DNA from: a virus
Taxonomy: Duplodnaviria > Caudoviricetes
IMG/VR virus record: IMGVR_UViG_3300020179_000046
Location: 1 to 52,539 of that record
Reading direction: 5' to 3' (one strand)
DNA length: 52,539 nt
The notes beneath the pieces were generated by a model, which did no database searches, had not been told where the DNA came from, and saw only the letters and a list, made by a program, of their open reading frames with translations. Both the position numbers and the translations under genes were made by a program. Below are positions 28,401 to 38,217 of the stretch, piece after piece (position 1 is the stretch's first letter; each line of letters starts with the position of its first letter).

Positions 28401-31400
28401 TTTAAATTAAATCAAATTCAATCATCAACAAAATTTGCATATCCGCAAAAGTTAGTTACATTAGATTATGATTTTTACTTAGGGCGTATTGACAAAGTTT
28501 ATCTAAATGAAACTGGATATGCGTCAATAATTAAGGGTGCAGATTCTATTAATCCAAAATTACCATTAACTAATGATACTGGATTATTGTTAGGAACTAT
28601 CAGTCTACCTCCATATCTTAAAAAAGTATCCGATGCTTCTATTAAATTAGAAAATACTAAAGGTTATACAATGAAAGATATTGGTCTACTTGATGAAAGA
28701 TTAACAAATGTAGAAACTTATACTTCTTTAAATTTACTAGAAATTAATACAAATACCTTGAATATTTTAGATGATGAAGGAAAAAATAGATTTAAGAATG
28801 GTTTTATCGTAGATAAATTTAATACAGTAACTATTGCTGATATAACAAACCCAGACTATAGTATTTCTATAGATACCAATAATTATTTAGCTAGACCATA
28901 TCCATATGTAAATAATGTTGATTTTGTATATAGCAATACTGAAGGTGCAACTAAAAAAACTGGAGATCTAATTACTTTACCATATACAGATGTTGTGTAT
29001 ATAAGTCAATCTTTTGCATCTAGAGTAGAAAATATTAATCCATTTGAAATTGTTAATTGGGTTGGAAATATTACTTTAACTCCAAAAAAAGATGTTTGGT
29101 ATGATACTGTTCGAACTATGGGCGAAACACAAACTATTGATCTAGAGGGACCAATTAGATTTTTATTTGATCAAAGTGGTGCTGCAGGTGATCAATGGGG
29201 TTCTTGGACTACTACTCGTTCAGAGCGTACAAATGGTGGTACAAATAATTTTCAATCAAGAACTGGAGTTAATAATAGGATCGATGTTACGGAACAGACG
29301 ATTAACACGGGGGATACAATTAATAGTATTGTAGATTTAAGATTTGTCAGATCTTCTATTATTGATTTATTAGGAACTTCTTTAAAACCAAATACAAATT
29401 TTAATTTTTATATTAATGAGATAAATGCAACAGAATTTTTATATCCCAAAATAATCACTAACATTAGTGGAGTTAATAAAAAATTTATTGTTGGAGAGAC
29501 TGTAGAACTTTTTCCTCTTCCGCCATTGCTATTTGACATTCCTGCTGACTCATTTCAGGTGTTGCCAACAGATTTTAATACAATAACTGCAACAGTTGTT
29601 GATCCATATAATTTTACATCAAATAAAGATCTAATTGGTAATAATTTTGCATTAAATCAAACTAGTCAAACTATCGAATATTCACAAAATACTACAATAT
29701 TAGCAATTGATAAAATTAGTACTACAAATCTTAATTTGATAAATCCAACGTTACTAGGACAAAGATTTAGTATTCGTGGTATGACATCTGGCGCGATAGG
29801 TACAACACAAGTACCTCAAAAAGTGATATCTAATGAAATTGGAACAATTCATGCTTTTGTTACTATTCCTCCACAAAAATTTGAAACTGGAATATTAACC
29901 TTTACAATTTCAGATAAACCAGGTGATATTTTTGCTATTGGATATACATCTTCCAGTGCTTCAACTTCATATTTGACTGAAGGCACCCAAGTAAATGTGA
30001 CATCAAATATCGTTTCTGTCTCTGTACCAGAAGTAGTTACTACACCAATTTCTCAAAATAGAACGGTATTTGTTGCAGATCCCGTTCAGGCCCCTGGCGG
30101 TAGGGATCCATTAGCTCAATCATTCTTTATAGACACTGAAGGTGGAATATTTGCAACATCTATTGATTTGTATTTCTATACCAAAGATAATATAGTTCCA
30201 ATTTCTGTGGATATTAGAACTGTAGAAAATGGTTATCCTACATCTACAGTAGTTCCATATAGTAGTGTGACAGTAAATGCATCAGATGTAAAAATTTCAT
30301 CTGATGCATCTATACCAACAACATTTACATTTCCAAGTCCTGTATATTTATCAGATAAAACAGATTATTGTTTTGTAGTTAAGGCAGTTTCTCAAAATTA
30401 TTATATATGGGTTTCTAGATTAGGTGAAATCGATGTAACTAACAATAATGCTATTGACAAACAACCATACATTGGAGTTCTCTTTAAGTCTGCTAATCAA
30501 TCTACTTGGACTCCTGATCAATATGAAGATATTAAATTTACTCTTAATAGAGCTAAATTTACTACCAATACAACAGTACCAGCAGTATTGTATAATAAAC
30601 CAATTCCCCCAGTAAAACTACAACCAGAATCGTTACGATTTAATCAAGACTCTACTACAATTACTGTATTTCAACCAAATCATGGTATGCACGGCACACA
30701 AAATTATGTAATTCTTAATGATGTAGTGTCCGATCAACCTAATTCACTTCTTGGTGCAACTATTTCAAATACTGCATTAACATTAACATTGAACGATTTA
30801 AGAAATCAATCTATCAATTACAATTCATTCACTACTTGGACAAAAGTTAATAATGCACCTATCTCTTCAACGAATCCAGGATACATTAAAATTAACAATG
30901 AAATTATTGCATACTCAGAGATAACTAGTGACAATGTTTTTACTGTACAACAAAGAGGAGCTTTGGGAACTATTGCTGCACAACACTTAAGCGGGTCAAT
31001 AGTTAAATGTTATAATTTAAATGGAATGAATCTTGATAGTATTAATACTACTCACAAAATTTTAAATGTATTAAATATTGACGAATATCAAATTGTAAAT
31101 CAAAATAAAGCAAACTTTACTATTTCTGGCGGCGGCCCAAATGCATATGCAACTAGAAATATTCCATATGAAATTCTTAATCCACAAATTAATATTTTAA
31201 CTTTACCAGATACAGACTCCACTTTAGTATTGGATTCAATAACTGGAACTAGCATTGGCAATACATCACAGGTTTCTTTCTTACTTAAGGATGGTGAAAC
31301 TATATCAAATAAAACAGAAAATGAACTTTCATCACCAAGACTTGTTGCCTCAGATATAAATGCAAAAAAATATTTAAATGGCGTAAAAGGAAGCATGAAA

Positions 31401-31895
31401 CTAATGATTAATATGTCAACAACAAAAGATACAATAAGTCCAGTACTGGATTTGATTGGATCTTCTATCATCACAATTTCAAATAGAATTAATAAAGAAC
31501 TTACTGATAGTGGAAATATTGATATTAGTTCTGAATTACTACCTATAGGTGGATTGCATCCCGCATATATTACAAAAAAAGTTACTTTAGAAAAATCTGC
31601 TTCTTCTGTAAGAGTTTTATTTGATGCTATTAGAAGACAAGGAGTTGATATTAAAGTCTTTGTTAAGATTAAAGGAGACTCTGCCTTGGGTAGTTTTGGT
31701 GATATGAACTATACTGAAATACCTGTCGAATCATATCCAGTTTCTCAAACTGAAAATGAATACAGATCGTTTGAATATGAAATTCGTGGATTGCAAGAAT
31801 TTAAAGAATGGAGTATTAAAGTTATTATGATCGGTAATGATCAAAGTAATATTCCAAAAATTAAAAACTTTAGAGCAATTGCTCTTGCTATTTAA
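25494..31895 (+). CDS. VrlC-like (DUF4815-type) large virion structural protein (2133 aa)
   Basis: N-terminal PYFDDFD..KNYHKVLFKPGYSVQTRELN, APGADRLKI, RFKNGFIVDKF, DPLAQSF and C-terminal PKIKNFRAIAL; follows gp8 as in cyanomyoviruses. Confidence 0.85.
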   Translation: MQDTNLKVSPYFDDFDRSKNYHKVLFKPGYSVQTRELNNLQSTLQNQVERFGQHIFKDGSVVIPGNIGYNLQYTAVLVQNLINGIRVEEYRSSLVGTTIKGSSSGVKAEIIDTISEEDSEKNIITLYVKYTAGGFFEDDIQLNKFKNNEILIRESDGIPIAVTTVQNATAYTGSVAYINSGVYFIKGFFVEVPTQRIILDQYTNQPSYKVGLVVNESIVTSEDDESLFDNALGSTNYSAPGADRLKISTELTKQNLLLTDDSNFIELLRLEEGSAVKLVEFSAYSELEKNLARRTFDESGNYTLDQYSIKIREALFDGENNGVYFTNQLIPDGRTILDRDPTEDEDTSINGNDYYALEISEGKAYVKGFEVINTKKQYILAEKPRKSSSLNNQGIFLNIGQYFNLDPNQTISGSVNFNSPLILKDVDNQIVGEAKALGLTFGYKLYITDLTVYTTLTLSTSSHSLQSGDFITGSTSGATGVVESFSGQNVILRQVTGSFLPSEAIQSSRVDYTSPVTISTINVPKLENVRKIQRISGSNTVFTSFVKLDPVPISGSSFSVNGTTFTGTGTKFNSEVFAKSKLRIGSSDVEVSTVTNASTIVLTSPTNLTNGIYYNVSKLTCKLYSSNNGLSIKTSSYPVKSTTDFSYDISKTEQYTVLNGGFTISRPLTESIEASTVIVTSATALLTPVITQTSGNVVSVSGLDPQNGSVVNVFYKLRLSNASPRKKISVPYQKLIVDLFKNSNNTKYGTRLIDREWSLKFPDVYKIHAIHEATSAQIQAVDMFDSIVLNNSDKIVVGDVIVAGNIRARIIEISSTNLKIKYLSDDKFVQGSNLAIKVEVSTNASIIGRFVKQSTYGAYKDISSNFSLVKNDTEDFYRVSKLVRKLNKPYPVNKIIVVFDYLKHEDLSNDFYVADSFTNLEYSEVPTSYNGVSYSDLVDFRYYIAPSTGSNGGSGTLSDPYRETQSAFDFKLNQIQSSTKFAYPQKLVTLDYDFYLGRIDKVYLNETGYASIIKGADSINPKLPLTNDTGLLLGTISLPPYLKKVSDASIKLENTKGYTMKDIGLLDERLTNVETYTSLNLLEINTNTLNILDDEGKNRFKNGFIVDKFNTVTIADITNPDYSISIDTNNYLARPYPYVNNVDFVYSNTEGATKKTGDLITLPYTDVVYISQSFASRVENINPFEIVNWVGNITLTPKKDVWYDTVRTMGETQTIDLEGPIRFLFDQSGAAGDQWGSWTTTRSERTNGGTNNFQSRTGVNNRIDVTEQTINTGDTINSIVDLRFVRSSIIDLLGTSLKPNTNFNFYINEINATEFLYPKIITNISGVNKKFIVGETVELFPLPPLLFDIPADSFQVLPTDFNTITATVVDPYNFTSNKDLIGNNFALNQTSQTIEYSQNTTILAIDKISTTNLNLINPTLLGQRFSIRGMTSGAIGTTQVPQKVISNEIGTIHAFVTIPPQKFETGILTFTISDKPGDIFAIGYTSSSASTSYLTEGTQVNVTSNIVSVSVPEVVTTPISQNRTVFVADPVQAPGGRDPLAQSFFIDTEGGIFATSIDLYFYTKDNIVPISVDIRTVENGYPTSTVVPYSSVTVNASDVKISSDASIPTTFTFPSPVYLSDKTDYCFVVKAVSQNYYIWVSRLGEIDVTNNNAIDKQPYIGVLFKSANQSTWTPDQYEDIKFTLNRAKFTTNTTVPAVLYNKPIPPVKLQPESLRFNQDSTTITVFQPNHGMHGTQNYVILNDVVSDQPNSLLGATISNTALTLTLNDLRNQSINYNSFTTWTKVNNAPISSTNPGYIKINNEIIAYSEITSDNVFTVQQRGALGTIAAQHLSGSIVKCYNLNGMNLDSINTTHKILNVLNIDEYQIVNQNKANFTISGGGPNAYATRNIPYEILNPQINILTLPDTDSTLVLDSITGTSIGNTSQVSFLLKDGETISNKTENELSSPRLVASDINAKKYLNGVKGSMKLMINMSTTKDTISPVLDLIGSSIITISNRINKELTDSGNIDISSELLPIGGLHPAYITKKVTLEKSASSVRVLFDAIRRQGVDIKVFVKIKGDSALGSFGDMNYTEIPVESYPVSQTENEYRSFEYEIRGLQEFKEWSIKVIMIGNDQSNIPKIKNFRAIALAI

Positions 31896-31896
31896 T

Positions 31897-32118
31897 ATGG
31901 ATAAATTGAACGTTGATGGCCATCCAGATCTATATCGAGATTTAAAAAGTGGAGCAATCATAAACAACAATCCCAGTGATTACGAATCATATCTAAAATC
32001 TTATCAGGCCCGTAAATCTGAAAAAGAAAGAGTTGCAAATATTGAAACAAATTTAAATGAGTTAAAAGATGAAATAAATGAGATAAAAAAATTATTACAA
32101 CAATTAGCCTTTAAGTAA
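31897..32118 (+). CDS. small protein with C-terminal coiled coil (73 aa, MDKLNVDGHPDLYRDLKSGAIIN...)
   Basis: ATG 1 nt after the upstream stop; heptad-like C-terminus. Confidence 0.75.
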   Translation: MDKLNVDGHPDLYRDLKSGAIINNNPSDYESYLKSYQARKSEKERVANIETNLNELKDEINEIKKLLQQLAFK

Positions 32119-32131
32119 GATTACTAACTAA

Positions 32132-32139
32132 TATAAATA
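32132..32139 (+). promoter_or_regulatory. T4 late promoter TATAAATA
   Basis: Exact consensus, 20 nt upstream of ATG 32160. Confidence 0.8.
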
Positions 32140-32159
32140 AAAATAAGTGGTAAACTCTT

Positions 32160-32486
32160 ATGGCAGCAGTACACAATCTGTATATTGATCAAGGATCAGA
32201 CTTTTCCGCACAAATTGGAATCTATGACGATTCTAATGTGTATTGGAACTTGACTGGTTATACTGCAGCTGCCAAAATTAAAAAATCATATTATAGTTCA
32301 ACATCTGTTGATTTTACTGTTTCCGTTAACGGAAACGGAACTGTTTCTTTGTCTTTGCCTTCTTCATCTACGTCCAATATGGAACAGGGAAGATATTTGT
32401 ATGATGTAATAATTGTTTCAAACGGTGGGGTGAAAACAAGAGTTATTGAGGGTATAGTCACAATCAACCCAGGAGTAACAAAATGA
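32160..32486 (+). CDS. small putative virion structural protein (108 aa)
   Basis: NLYIDQGSDF..LTGYT..GRYLYDV..TRVIEG..PGVT, an Ig-like pattern often seen beside tail fibre genes. Confidence 0.75.
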   Translation: MAAVHNLYIDQGSDFSAQIGIYDDSNVYWNLTGYTAAAKIKKSYYSSTSVDFTVSVNGNGTVSLSLPSSSTSNMEQGRYLYDVIIVSNGGVKTRVIEGIVTINPGVTK

Positions 32487-32689
32487 ACACCAAAGTAACA
32501 GTATCTAGAGTACCCCAAGTCATCACTGTAAATACAGCTGGCGGCGGTAGGCTTTCAGGATTGACTGACGTAAATATGACAGGTGCATCAGATGGAGCTC
32601 TGCTTCAATATGATGCTGCAAGTGGATCTTGGATAGCACAAAATATTTTAGAAAAATCTGGTTTACAAATTAATTGCGGTAATTTCTAA
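32483..32689 (+). CDS. small tail-fibre-associated protein (68 aa)
   Basis: LSGLTDVN..DGALLQYDA..W fibre-like motif; ATGA overlap with the upstream gene. Confidence 0.7.
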   Translation: MNTKVTVSRVPQVITVNTAGGGRLSGLTDVNMTGASDGALLQYDAASGSWIAQNILEKSGLQINCGNF

Positions 32690-32707
32690 TCACACAGGTA
32701 AAAAGAC

Positions 32708-35700
32708 ATGGCATCAATCTTAAAGATTAAAAGATCCAGTACCAACCCAACAGCAACCCCGGCTGGATTGGGTCAGGGTGAGCTTGCTTACGGGGAAGGC
32801 ACTAGTACTTATACAGATGCTCAAGGTGCAAACGTTACCTCTTTTGGTAAACTGTTTGTGGGTAGAGGACCTGAAACTGCTGGTGTCTCAGCAAATATTG
32901 ATATCATAGGTGGCAAGTATTTTACAGATCTTCTAGATCATGGACATGGAACAATTGTTTCAAACTCTGCAGCAATTGTAGACTCATCTAAAAAGGTTAA
33001 TGAATGGAATGTTGATAACATCACCCTAGATGGCAATACAATTTCCACCACAAATTCAAATGGTAATTTGACCATTGACACAAATGGAACTGGAGATGTG
33101 GTAATTTCTGGTTCTAGTACACTTGGTGATAATTTATTCAAAATTAATGACGGATCTGTCGATAGATTCATCGTTGATAGTTTTTCTGGCGCGGTTGATA
33201 TTACATCCCCAACTCTAAGTGCTTCAGATACTTTACTTAATATCTCATCCACCTGGAACAATGGCGGTTCAACTTTCTACGGTATTGATCTTGACGTAAT
33301 CAATACTGCATCGGCAGCAAGCTCAAGACTTCTTAACTTATCTGTTGGCGGTTCAGATAAATTTAATGTAGATGTTTCCGGCAATGTTTATTTAACTGGA
33401 AATATTTCATATGCAACCGCAGTAAACTCTAGCATTCAAGATAATACTGCAGGTGCCTTTGTAGTAAAAGAAGGTTCAAATAAGTATATTGATATTGATA
33501 CTACAAATAATGCAGAACTGTTAACTCTTGGTAATTCGTTAGCAACAGTCAATATTGTTATTGAAGATAACACACCAACTGCTTTTGCTATTAAAGAAGG
33601 ATCTCAAAATTATGTTGAGGTTGATACAAATAATGCACAACAAAAAATAACAATTGGTAATGATAATACCAGACTAGATAATAAAATTATTTCAGGATCT
33701 GATGCGTTCATTGTACGAGAAGGATCAAACAAATATATTGATATTGATACTGGCGTTGGATCAGAATTAATTACATTCAGTACTGGTAATGTTGACATTG
33801 ATAATGATTTAAACATTGATGGTGGTGATTTAACTACTAATCAATCTACATTTAACTTACTAAACACAAATGCTACCACAGTTAACTTTGCTGGATCAGC
33901 AACTACTGTAGAGATCGGGTCTGCTACTGGTACTACTAATGTTAATAATAATTTAGTAGTAGACCTAGATTTACAAGTAAAGGGTGGTGATTTAACTACT
34001 AATCAATCTACATTTAACTTACTAAACACAAATGCTGCTACAGTTAACTTTGCTGGATCAGCAACTACTATTGAGATTGGGTCTGCTACTGGTACTACTA
34101 ATGTTAATAATAACCTTGATGTAGATGGAGACCTTAATATTGACGGCGGGGATCTTACTGTTTCTAACATTACTTTTAACCTTGCAAATGCTAATGCTAC
34201 TACAGTTAATGCTTTTGGTGCAGCAACTGCTATTGAGATTGGTGCCGCTAGTGGCACTACCAATATCAACAACAATCTAGATGTAGATGGTGATGTAAAT
34301 ATTGATGGTGGAGCTCTTACTGTTTCTACTGCTACGTTTAACCTTGCAAATGCAAATGCTACCACAGTTAACTTTGCTGGATCAGCAACTACTGTAGAGA
34401 TTGGGTCTGCTAGTGGTACTACTAACATCAATAATAACCTTGATGTAGATGGAGACGTTAATATTGACGGCGGAGATCTTACTGTTTCTACTGCTACATT
34501 TAACCTTGTAAATACAACCGCTACTACAGTTAATGCTTTTGGTGCAGCTGGAACAATTAATTTTGGATCCGCAGGAAGTGGTACTACTAGGTTTAGAAAT
34601 AATACTTTAGTTGGTACTGAATCAACACAATATCTTTTTGATACTGTTGCTACTACAGTTAACTTTGCTGGGGCAGCAACTACTGTAGAGATTGGTGCCG
34701 CTAGTGGTACAACTAACATCAATAATAACCTTGAGGTAGACCTAGATTTACAAGTAAAGGGTGGTGATTTAACTACTAATCAATCTACATTTAATTTACT
34801 TAACACAACCGCTACCACAGTTAACTTTGCTGGGGCCGCAACTACTGTAGAGATTGGTGCCGCTAGTGGCACTACCAATATCAACAACGATCTAGATGTA
34901 GATGGAGACGTTAATATTGATGGTGGAGATCTTACTGTTTCTACTGCTACATTTAACCTTGTAAATACAAATGCTACCACAGTTAACTTTGCTGGGGCAG
35001 CAACTACTCTAAACATTGGTAGTTCTTCAACCGAAGTTGACTTTGGAGATTTGAGAATTGTAGGTTCTACAATTTATAGTGACAATTCAGGTGCTCAAAC
35101 AATCACAATTGACCCATATCCTGCCGGCGGTGATGGTGCTGGTAATGTTGTAGTTAGAGGTAACTTACAAGTTTCTGGTACTACAACAACGGTCAATTCT
35201 ACACAGATGACTGTTAATGATCCTATATTTACACTTGGAGATAGTATTAGTGAAAAAACTGTTGTTTCTGCTGCAGCAAGTGGACAGTCAGTAGTTATTC
35301 TTGATGATGTAGACGGGTTGAATGTTGGTGATATTGTTTCTGGTAATGCATCGATTCCAAACGGAACAACTATTACCAACATTAATGTAGGTGCTAATAC
35401 TATTACTCTTAGTGCAAACCTATCTGCTGGTATCGCAGCAAGTACAAATACATCACCAAAAATTCTAACCTTTACGCAAGGTGCAGATGATAATAAGGAT
35501 CGTGGTATTGAATTTAAATATTTCAACAGTGGTCTAAAAACTGGATTTTTTGGTTATGATGAATCTGGTACATCGGAGGGAGCTACCACCACATATTATT
35601 TCACATATATTCCAGATGCAACAAATACTTCTCAGGTATTTACTGGAACTGTTGGTAGTGCATATTTTAATACTACTAAACTAGATATTGGTATTCACAA

Positions 35701-35848
35701 AGGTGTTCCATATTTCGATCAATATAAAAGACTTACTTCAACAGATGCAGCAGGAACAGCTGATATAACAACTTCAAACCAAATTTTGACTGTAACTGCT
35801 GCGGGTGTTCCTGTGTGGACTACTACAATTGATGGCGGTACTTATTGA
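32708..35848 (+). CDS. tail fibre protein with internal tandem repeats (1046 aa)
   Basis: N-terminal ILKIKRS..P..LGQGELAY (Mtd-type N-terminus), VDNITLDGNTIS, GNLQVSGTTTTVNS, DRGIEF and C-terminal IDGGTY. Confidence 0.85.
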   Translation: MASILKIKRSSTNPTATPAGLGQGELAYGEGTSTYTDAQGANVTSFGKLFVGRGPETAGVSANIDIIGGKYFTDLLDHGHGTIVSNSAAIVDSSKKVNEWNVDNITLDGNTISTTNSNGNLTIDTNGTGDVVISGSSTLGDNLFKINDGSVDRFIVDSFSGAVDITSPTLSASDTLLNISSTWNNGGSTFYGIDLDVINTASAASSRLLNLSVGGSDKFNVDVSGNVYLTGNISYATAVNSSIQDNTAGAFVVKEGSNKYIDIDTTNNAELLTLGNSLATVNIVIEDNTPTAFAIKEGSQNYVEVDTNNAQQKITIGNDNTRLDNKIISGSDAFIVREGSNKYIDIDTGVGSELITFSTGNVDIDNDLNIDGGDLTTNQSTFNLLNTNATTVNFAGSATTVEIGSATGTTNVNNNLVVDLDLQVKGGDLTTNQSTFNLLNTNAATVNFAGSATTIEIGSATGTTNVNNNLDVDGDLNIDGGDLTVSNITFNLANANATTVNAFGAATAIEIGAASGTTNINNNLDVDGDVNIDGGALTVSTATFNLANANATTVNFAGSATTVEIGSASGTTNINNNLDVDGDVNIDGGDLTVSTATFNLVNTTATTVNAFGAAGTINFGSAGSGTTRFRNNTLVGTESTQYLFDTVATTVNFAGAATTVEIGAASGTTNINNNLEVDLDLQVKGGDLTTNQSTFNLLNTTATTVNFAGAATTVEIGAASGTTNINNDLDVDGDVNIDGGDLTVSTATFNLVNTNATTVNFAGAATTLNIGSSSTEVDFGDLRIVGSTIYSDNSGAQTITIDPYPAGGDGAGNVVVRGNLQVSGTTTTVNSTQMTVNDPIFTLGDSISEKTVVSAAASGQSVVILDDVDGLNVGDIVSGNASIPNGTTITNINVGANTITLSANLSAGIAASTNTSPKILTFTQGADDNKDRGIEFKYFNSGLKTGFFGYDESGTSEGATTTYYFTYIPDATNTSQVFTGTVGSAYFNTTKLDIGIHKGVPYFDQYKRLTSTDAAGTADITTSNQILTVTAAGVPVWTTTIDGGTY
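33821..35020 (+). repeat. 162-bp (54-aa) tandem repeat array in the tail fibre
   Basis: Units start at 33821, 33983, 34145, 34307, 34469, 34760 and 34922, with one shorter degenerate unit before 34760; identical runs of 54 and 59 nt. Confidence 0.95.
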
Positions 35849-35854
35849 TAAATA
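35848..35854 (+). promoter_or_regulatory. late promoter core ATAAATA overlapping the fibre stop
   Basis: TGATAAATA, followed by GAGG and ATG 35873. Confidence 0.6.
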
Positions 35855-35872
35855 ATTAAAAATGAGGTAATT

Positions 35873-36094
35873 ATGAATCCTGATGAAGCCAACACTTTAA
35901 TGCAAGTGATGAGTAGCAAAATTAATCAACTTACCCAACAAAATATTATGTTAGAGTCTAAAGTGATGTATTTAAACTCTGTCATACAACAACTACAGAG
36001 TTCTCCCGAAAAGATACCCGATAGTGAAACATTTAATGAAACTTCACCAGTAAAGCAAAATAATGGCAAAACCAAGCAGCAGGTCGCAACTTAA
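35873..36094 (+). CDS. small coiled-coil protein (73 aa)
   Basis: GAGG Shine-Dalgarno; heptad pattern KINQLTQQNIMLESKV. Confidence 0.7.
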   Translation: MNPDEANTLMQVMSSKINQLTQQNIMLESKVMYLNSVIQQLQSSPEKIPDSETFNETSPVKQNNGKTKQQVAT

Positions 36095-36884
36095 AGAATA
36101 CTGCTTACGAAAGTTAGGTAAGCCAGTAATTGAAATTAATGTTGACGATGATCAAATTGAAGATTTAATTGATGATACCATTCAACTCTACAATGAGAGG
36201 GTTTATAATGGGGTTGAAAGGGTTATGTTAAAGTATAAATTTACTAATGAAGATATTGAAAATGGCAGAAAAAGAAATACTTCAACCACAGTAACAGATC
36301 AAAATACTGCTACGCCGCCAAGAACTCTTCAATTTGAAGAAGGTAGAGGGTATTTTACTTTACCAGATCATGTTATTGGTGTTGAAAATATAATGCCTAT
36401 TTCTAATACATACGTAAATAGTATGTTCGGTTTTAGATATCAATTTTTCTTAAATGATTTTTATAATTTTTATGCGTATGATATTTTAAATCTAACTATG
36501 ACTATGACATACTTAGAAACATTAGAATTTCTTTTAGAAGGTAAAAAAATAATAAGATATAATAAAGTTCAAAATAAAATATATGTTGATGTTGATTGGC
36601 AAAGAGTGGCTGCAAACGACTATCTAGTTATTGAATGTTACAGAGCACTAGATCCAGTCACATGGCCAAAAATTTACAATGAAATTTTTATAAAAAAATA
36701 TCTCACATCGTCTATAAAGAAACAGTGGGGTCAAAATTTAATGAAATTTCAGGGTATAAAATTACCTGGTGGAGTAGAGTTTAATGGTAGACAATTGTAT
36801 GATGACGCGGTTCAAGAGTTGGATAAACTAACAGAAGAAATGTCTTCTACATATGAACTTCCACCATTAGACTGCGTAGGTTGA
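36063..36884 (+). CDS. gp13: neck protein gp13
   Basis: LKEYCLRKLGKPVIEINVDDDQIED...KKQWGQNLMKFQGIKLPGGVEFNG...YELPPLD. Confidence 0.93.
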   Translation: MAKPSSRSQLKEYCLRKLGKPVIEINVDDDQIEDLIDDTIQLYNERVYNGVERVMLKYKFTNEDIENGRKRNTSTTVTDQNTATPPRTLQFEEGRGYFTLPDHVIGVENIMPISNTYVNSMFGFRYQFFLNDFYNFYAYDILNLTMTMTYLETLEFLLEGKKIIRYNKVQNKIYVDVDWQRVAANDYLVIECYRALDPVTWPKIYNEIFIKKYLTSSIKKQWGQNLMKFQGIKLPGGVEFNGRQLYDDAVQELDKLTEEMSSTYELPPLDCVG

Positions 36885-36885
36885 T

Positions 36886-38217
36886 ATGGCTAAAAATGTT
36901 TATTTTTCAAATGGTACACTTTCAGAACAAAGACTATATGAGAATTTAATCATAGAGTCTTTACAGATTTATGGACATGATGTATATTACTTACCCAGAG
37001 AAATAGTAAAAAAAGATAGAATTTTTAGAGAAGACATACTTTCAAAATTTGATGAAAATTATTTAATTGAAATGTATCTATCAAGTTTCGAAGGTTTCGA
37101 AGGCGATGGAACTTTACTATCAAAGTTTGGCGTAAGAATTTCTGATGAAGCAACGTTTATAATTTCAAAGAGAAGATGGGAAGATCTTGTTTCGTCTTCA
37201 AATAATTTAGTATCGTCAAAACGACCCAATGAAGGAGATCTATTATATTTTCCTCTCACTCAACAATTTTTTCAAATCAAGTTTGTTGAACACGAAAAAC
37301 CATTTAGACAACTTGATGCTATTCAAACATATCAACTCATTGTAGAAACAATGGAGTTTTCTGATGAAAGGATTGAGACTGGAATTAAAGAAATCGACGA
37401 TATTACCAAAGACTCTGGATATTCAGTTGTGTTTAAACTCATCGATGGTATTAAATCTGTATATCTAACAAATGCTGGAACTGGCTATGGAAGAAATACT
37501 ACTGTAACATTTGGGCCACCAGGAACTGGGTCAAAAGCATCCGTTAGTGTCTCAACAACCAATGGTTCTATTAGTTCAATTAATTTGACAGAACCAGGGG
37601 TTGGTTATTCTACCGCACCACTTGTATCATTTATTGGTTCTGGTTCTAATGCATCAGCAATTACAACGGTTGCAAATAAAAAATCATTCAAAAATGGAGA
37701 ACTTGTATTTGGTTCATCCAAATCTGCAGATGCAGCTGCAACAATAACTTCTGGATCTGTGACTAACATTAAAGTTTTAAAACTTGGAGAGGAATATAAA
37801 ACAGTTCCAACTGTAACTATATCATCACCGGCAACTGGAGTAAAAGCAACTGCAACAGCTGTTCTTACTAATGGAAAAGTAACTTCCATAAATATTACGA
37901 ATCCAGGTTCTGGTTATACTACAGCACCAACTATTACAATACAAAGATCTCCATCCGAACCAAAAGGTAAAGTTACGAGATATGATGGTACTAATAAAGA
38001 ACTAGAATTAATTAATATTGTAGGAACTTTCGTTGATAATGATACGTTAGTTGGTGAAGAAACTGGTGCTGAATGGACTATTACCTCATTCAGTACTATA
38101 GAAAAAGAAAATGATCCTGGTGCTGAAAATGAATGGTTTGAGTTATCTGGTGATAAAATTATTGACTGGACTGCAAAAAATCCATTTGGTGAATATGGAA
38201 ATATGGGAGTATTCTGA
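36886..38217 (+). CDS. gp14: neck protein gp14
   Basis: EQRLYENLIIESLQIYGHDVYYLPR, LSKFG, RPNEGDLLYFP and C-terminal NPFGE. Confidence 0.92.
   Translation: MAKNVYFSNGTLSEQRLYENLIIESLQIYGHDVYYLPREIVKKDRIFREDILSKFDENYLIEMYLSSFEGFEGDGTLLSKFGVRISDEATFIISKRRWEDLVSSSNNLVSSKRPNEGDLLYFPLTQQFFQIKFVEHEKPFRQLDAIQTYQLIVETMEFSDERIETGIKEIDDITKDSGYSVVFKLIDGIKSVYLTNAGTGYGRNTTVTFGPPGTGSKASVSVSTTNGSISSINLTEPGVGYSTAPLVSFIGSGSNASAITTVANKKSFKNGELVFGSSKSADAAATITSGSVTNIKVLKLGEEYKTVPTVTISSPATGVKATATAVLTNGKVTSINITNPGSGYTTAPTITIQRSPSEPKGKVTRYDGTNKELELINIVGTFVDNDTLVGEETGAEWTITSFSTIEKENDPGAENEWFELSGDKIIDWTAKNPFGEYGNMGVF

Noticed and set aside
34003-34722. 239-aa minus-strand ORF
   Set aside because: Antisense shadow of the codon-biased repeat region; no independent expression signals seen.
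33821-35020. Regular repeat array as a possible CRISPR
   Set aside because: The 162-nt period is a multiple of three, lies wholly within the fibre ORF, has no unique spacers, and there are no cas genes.
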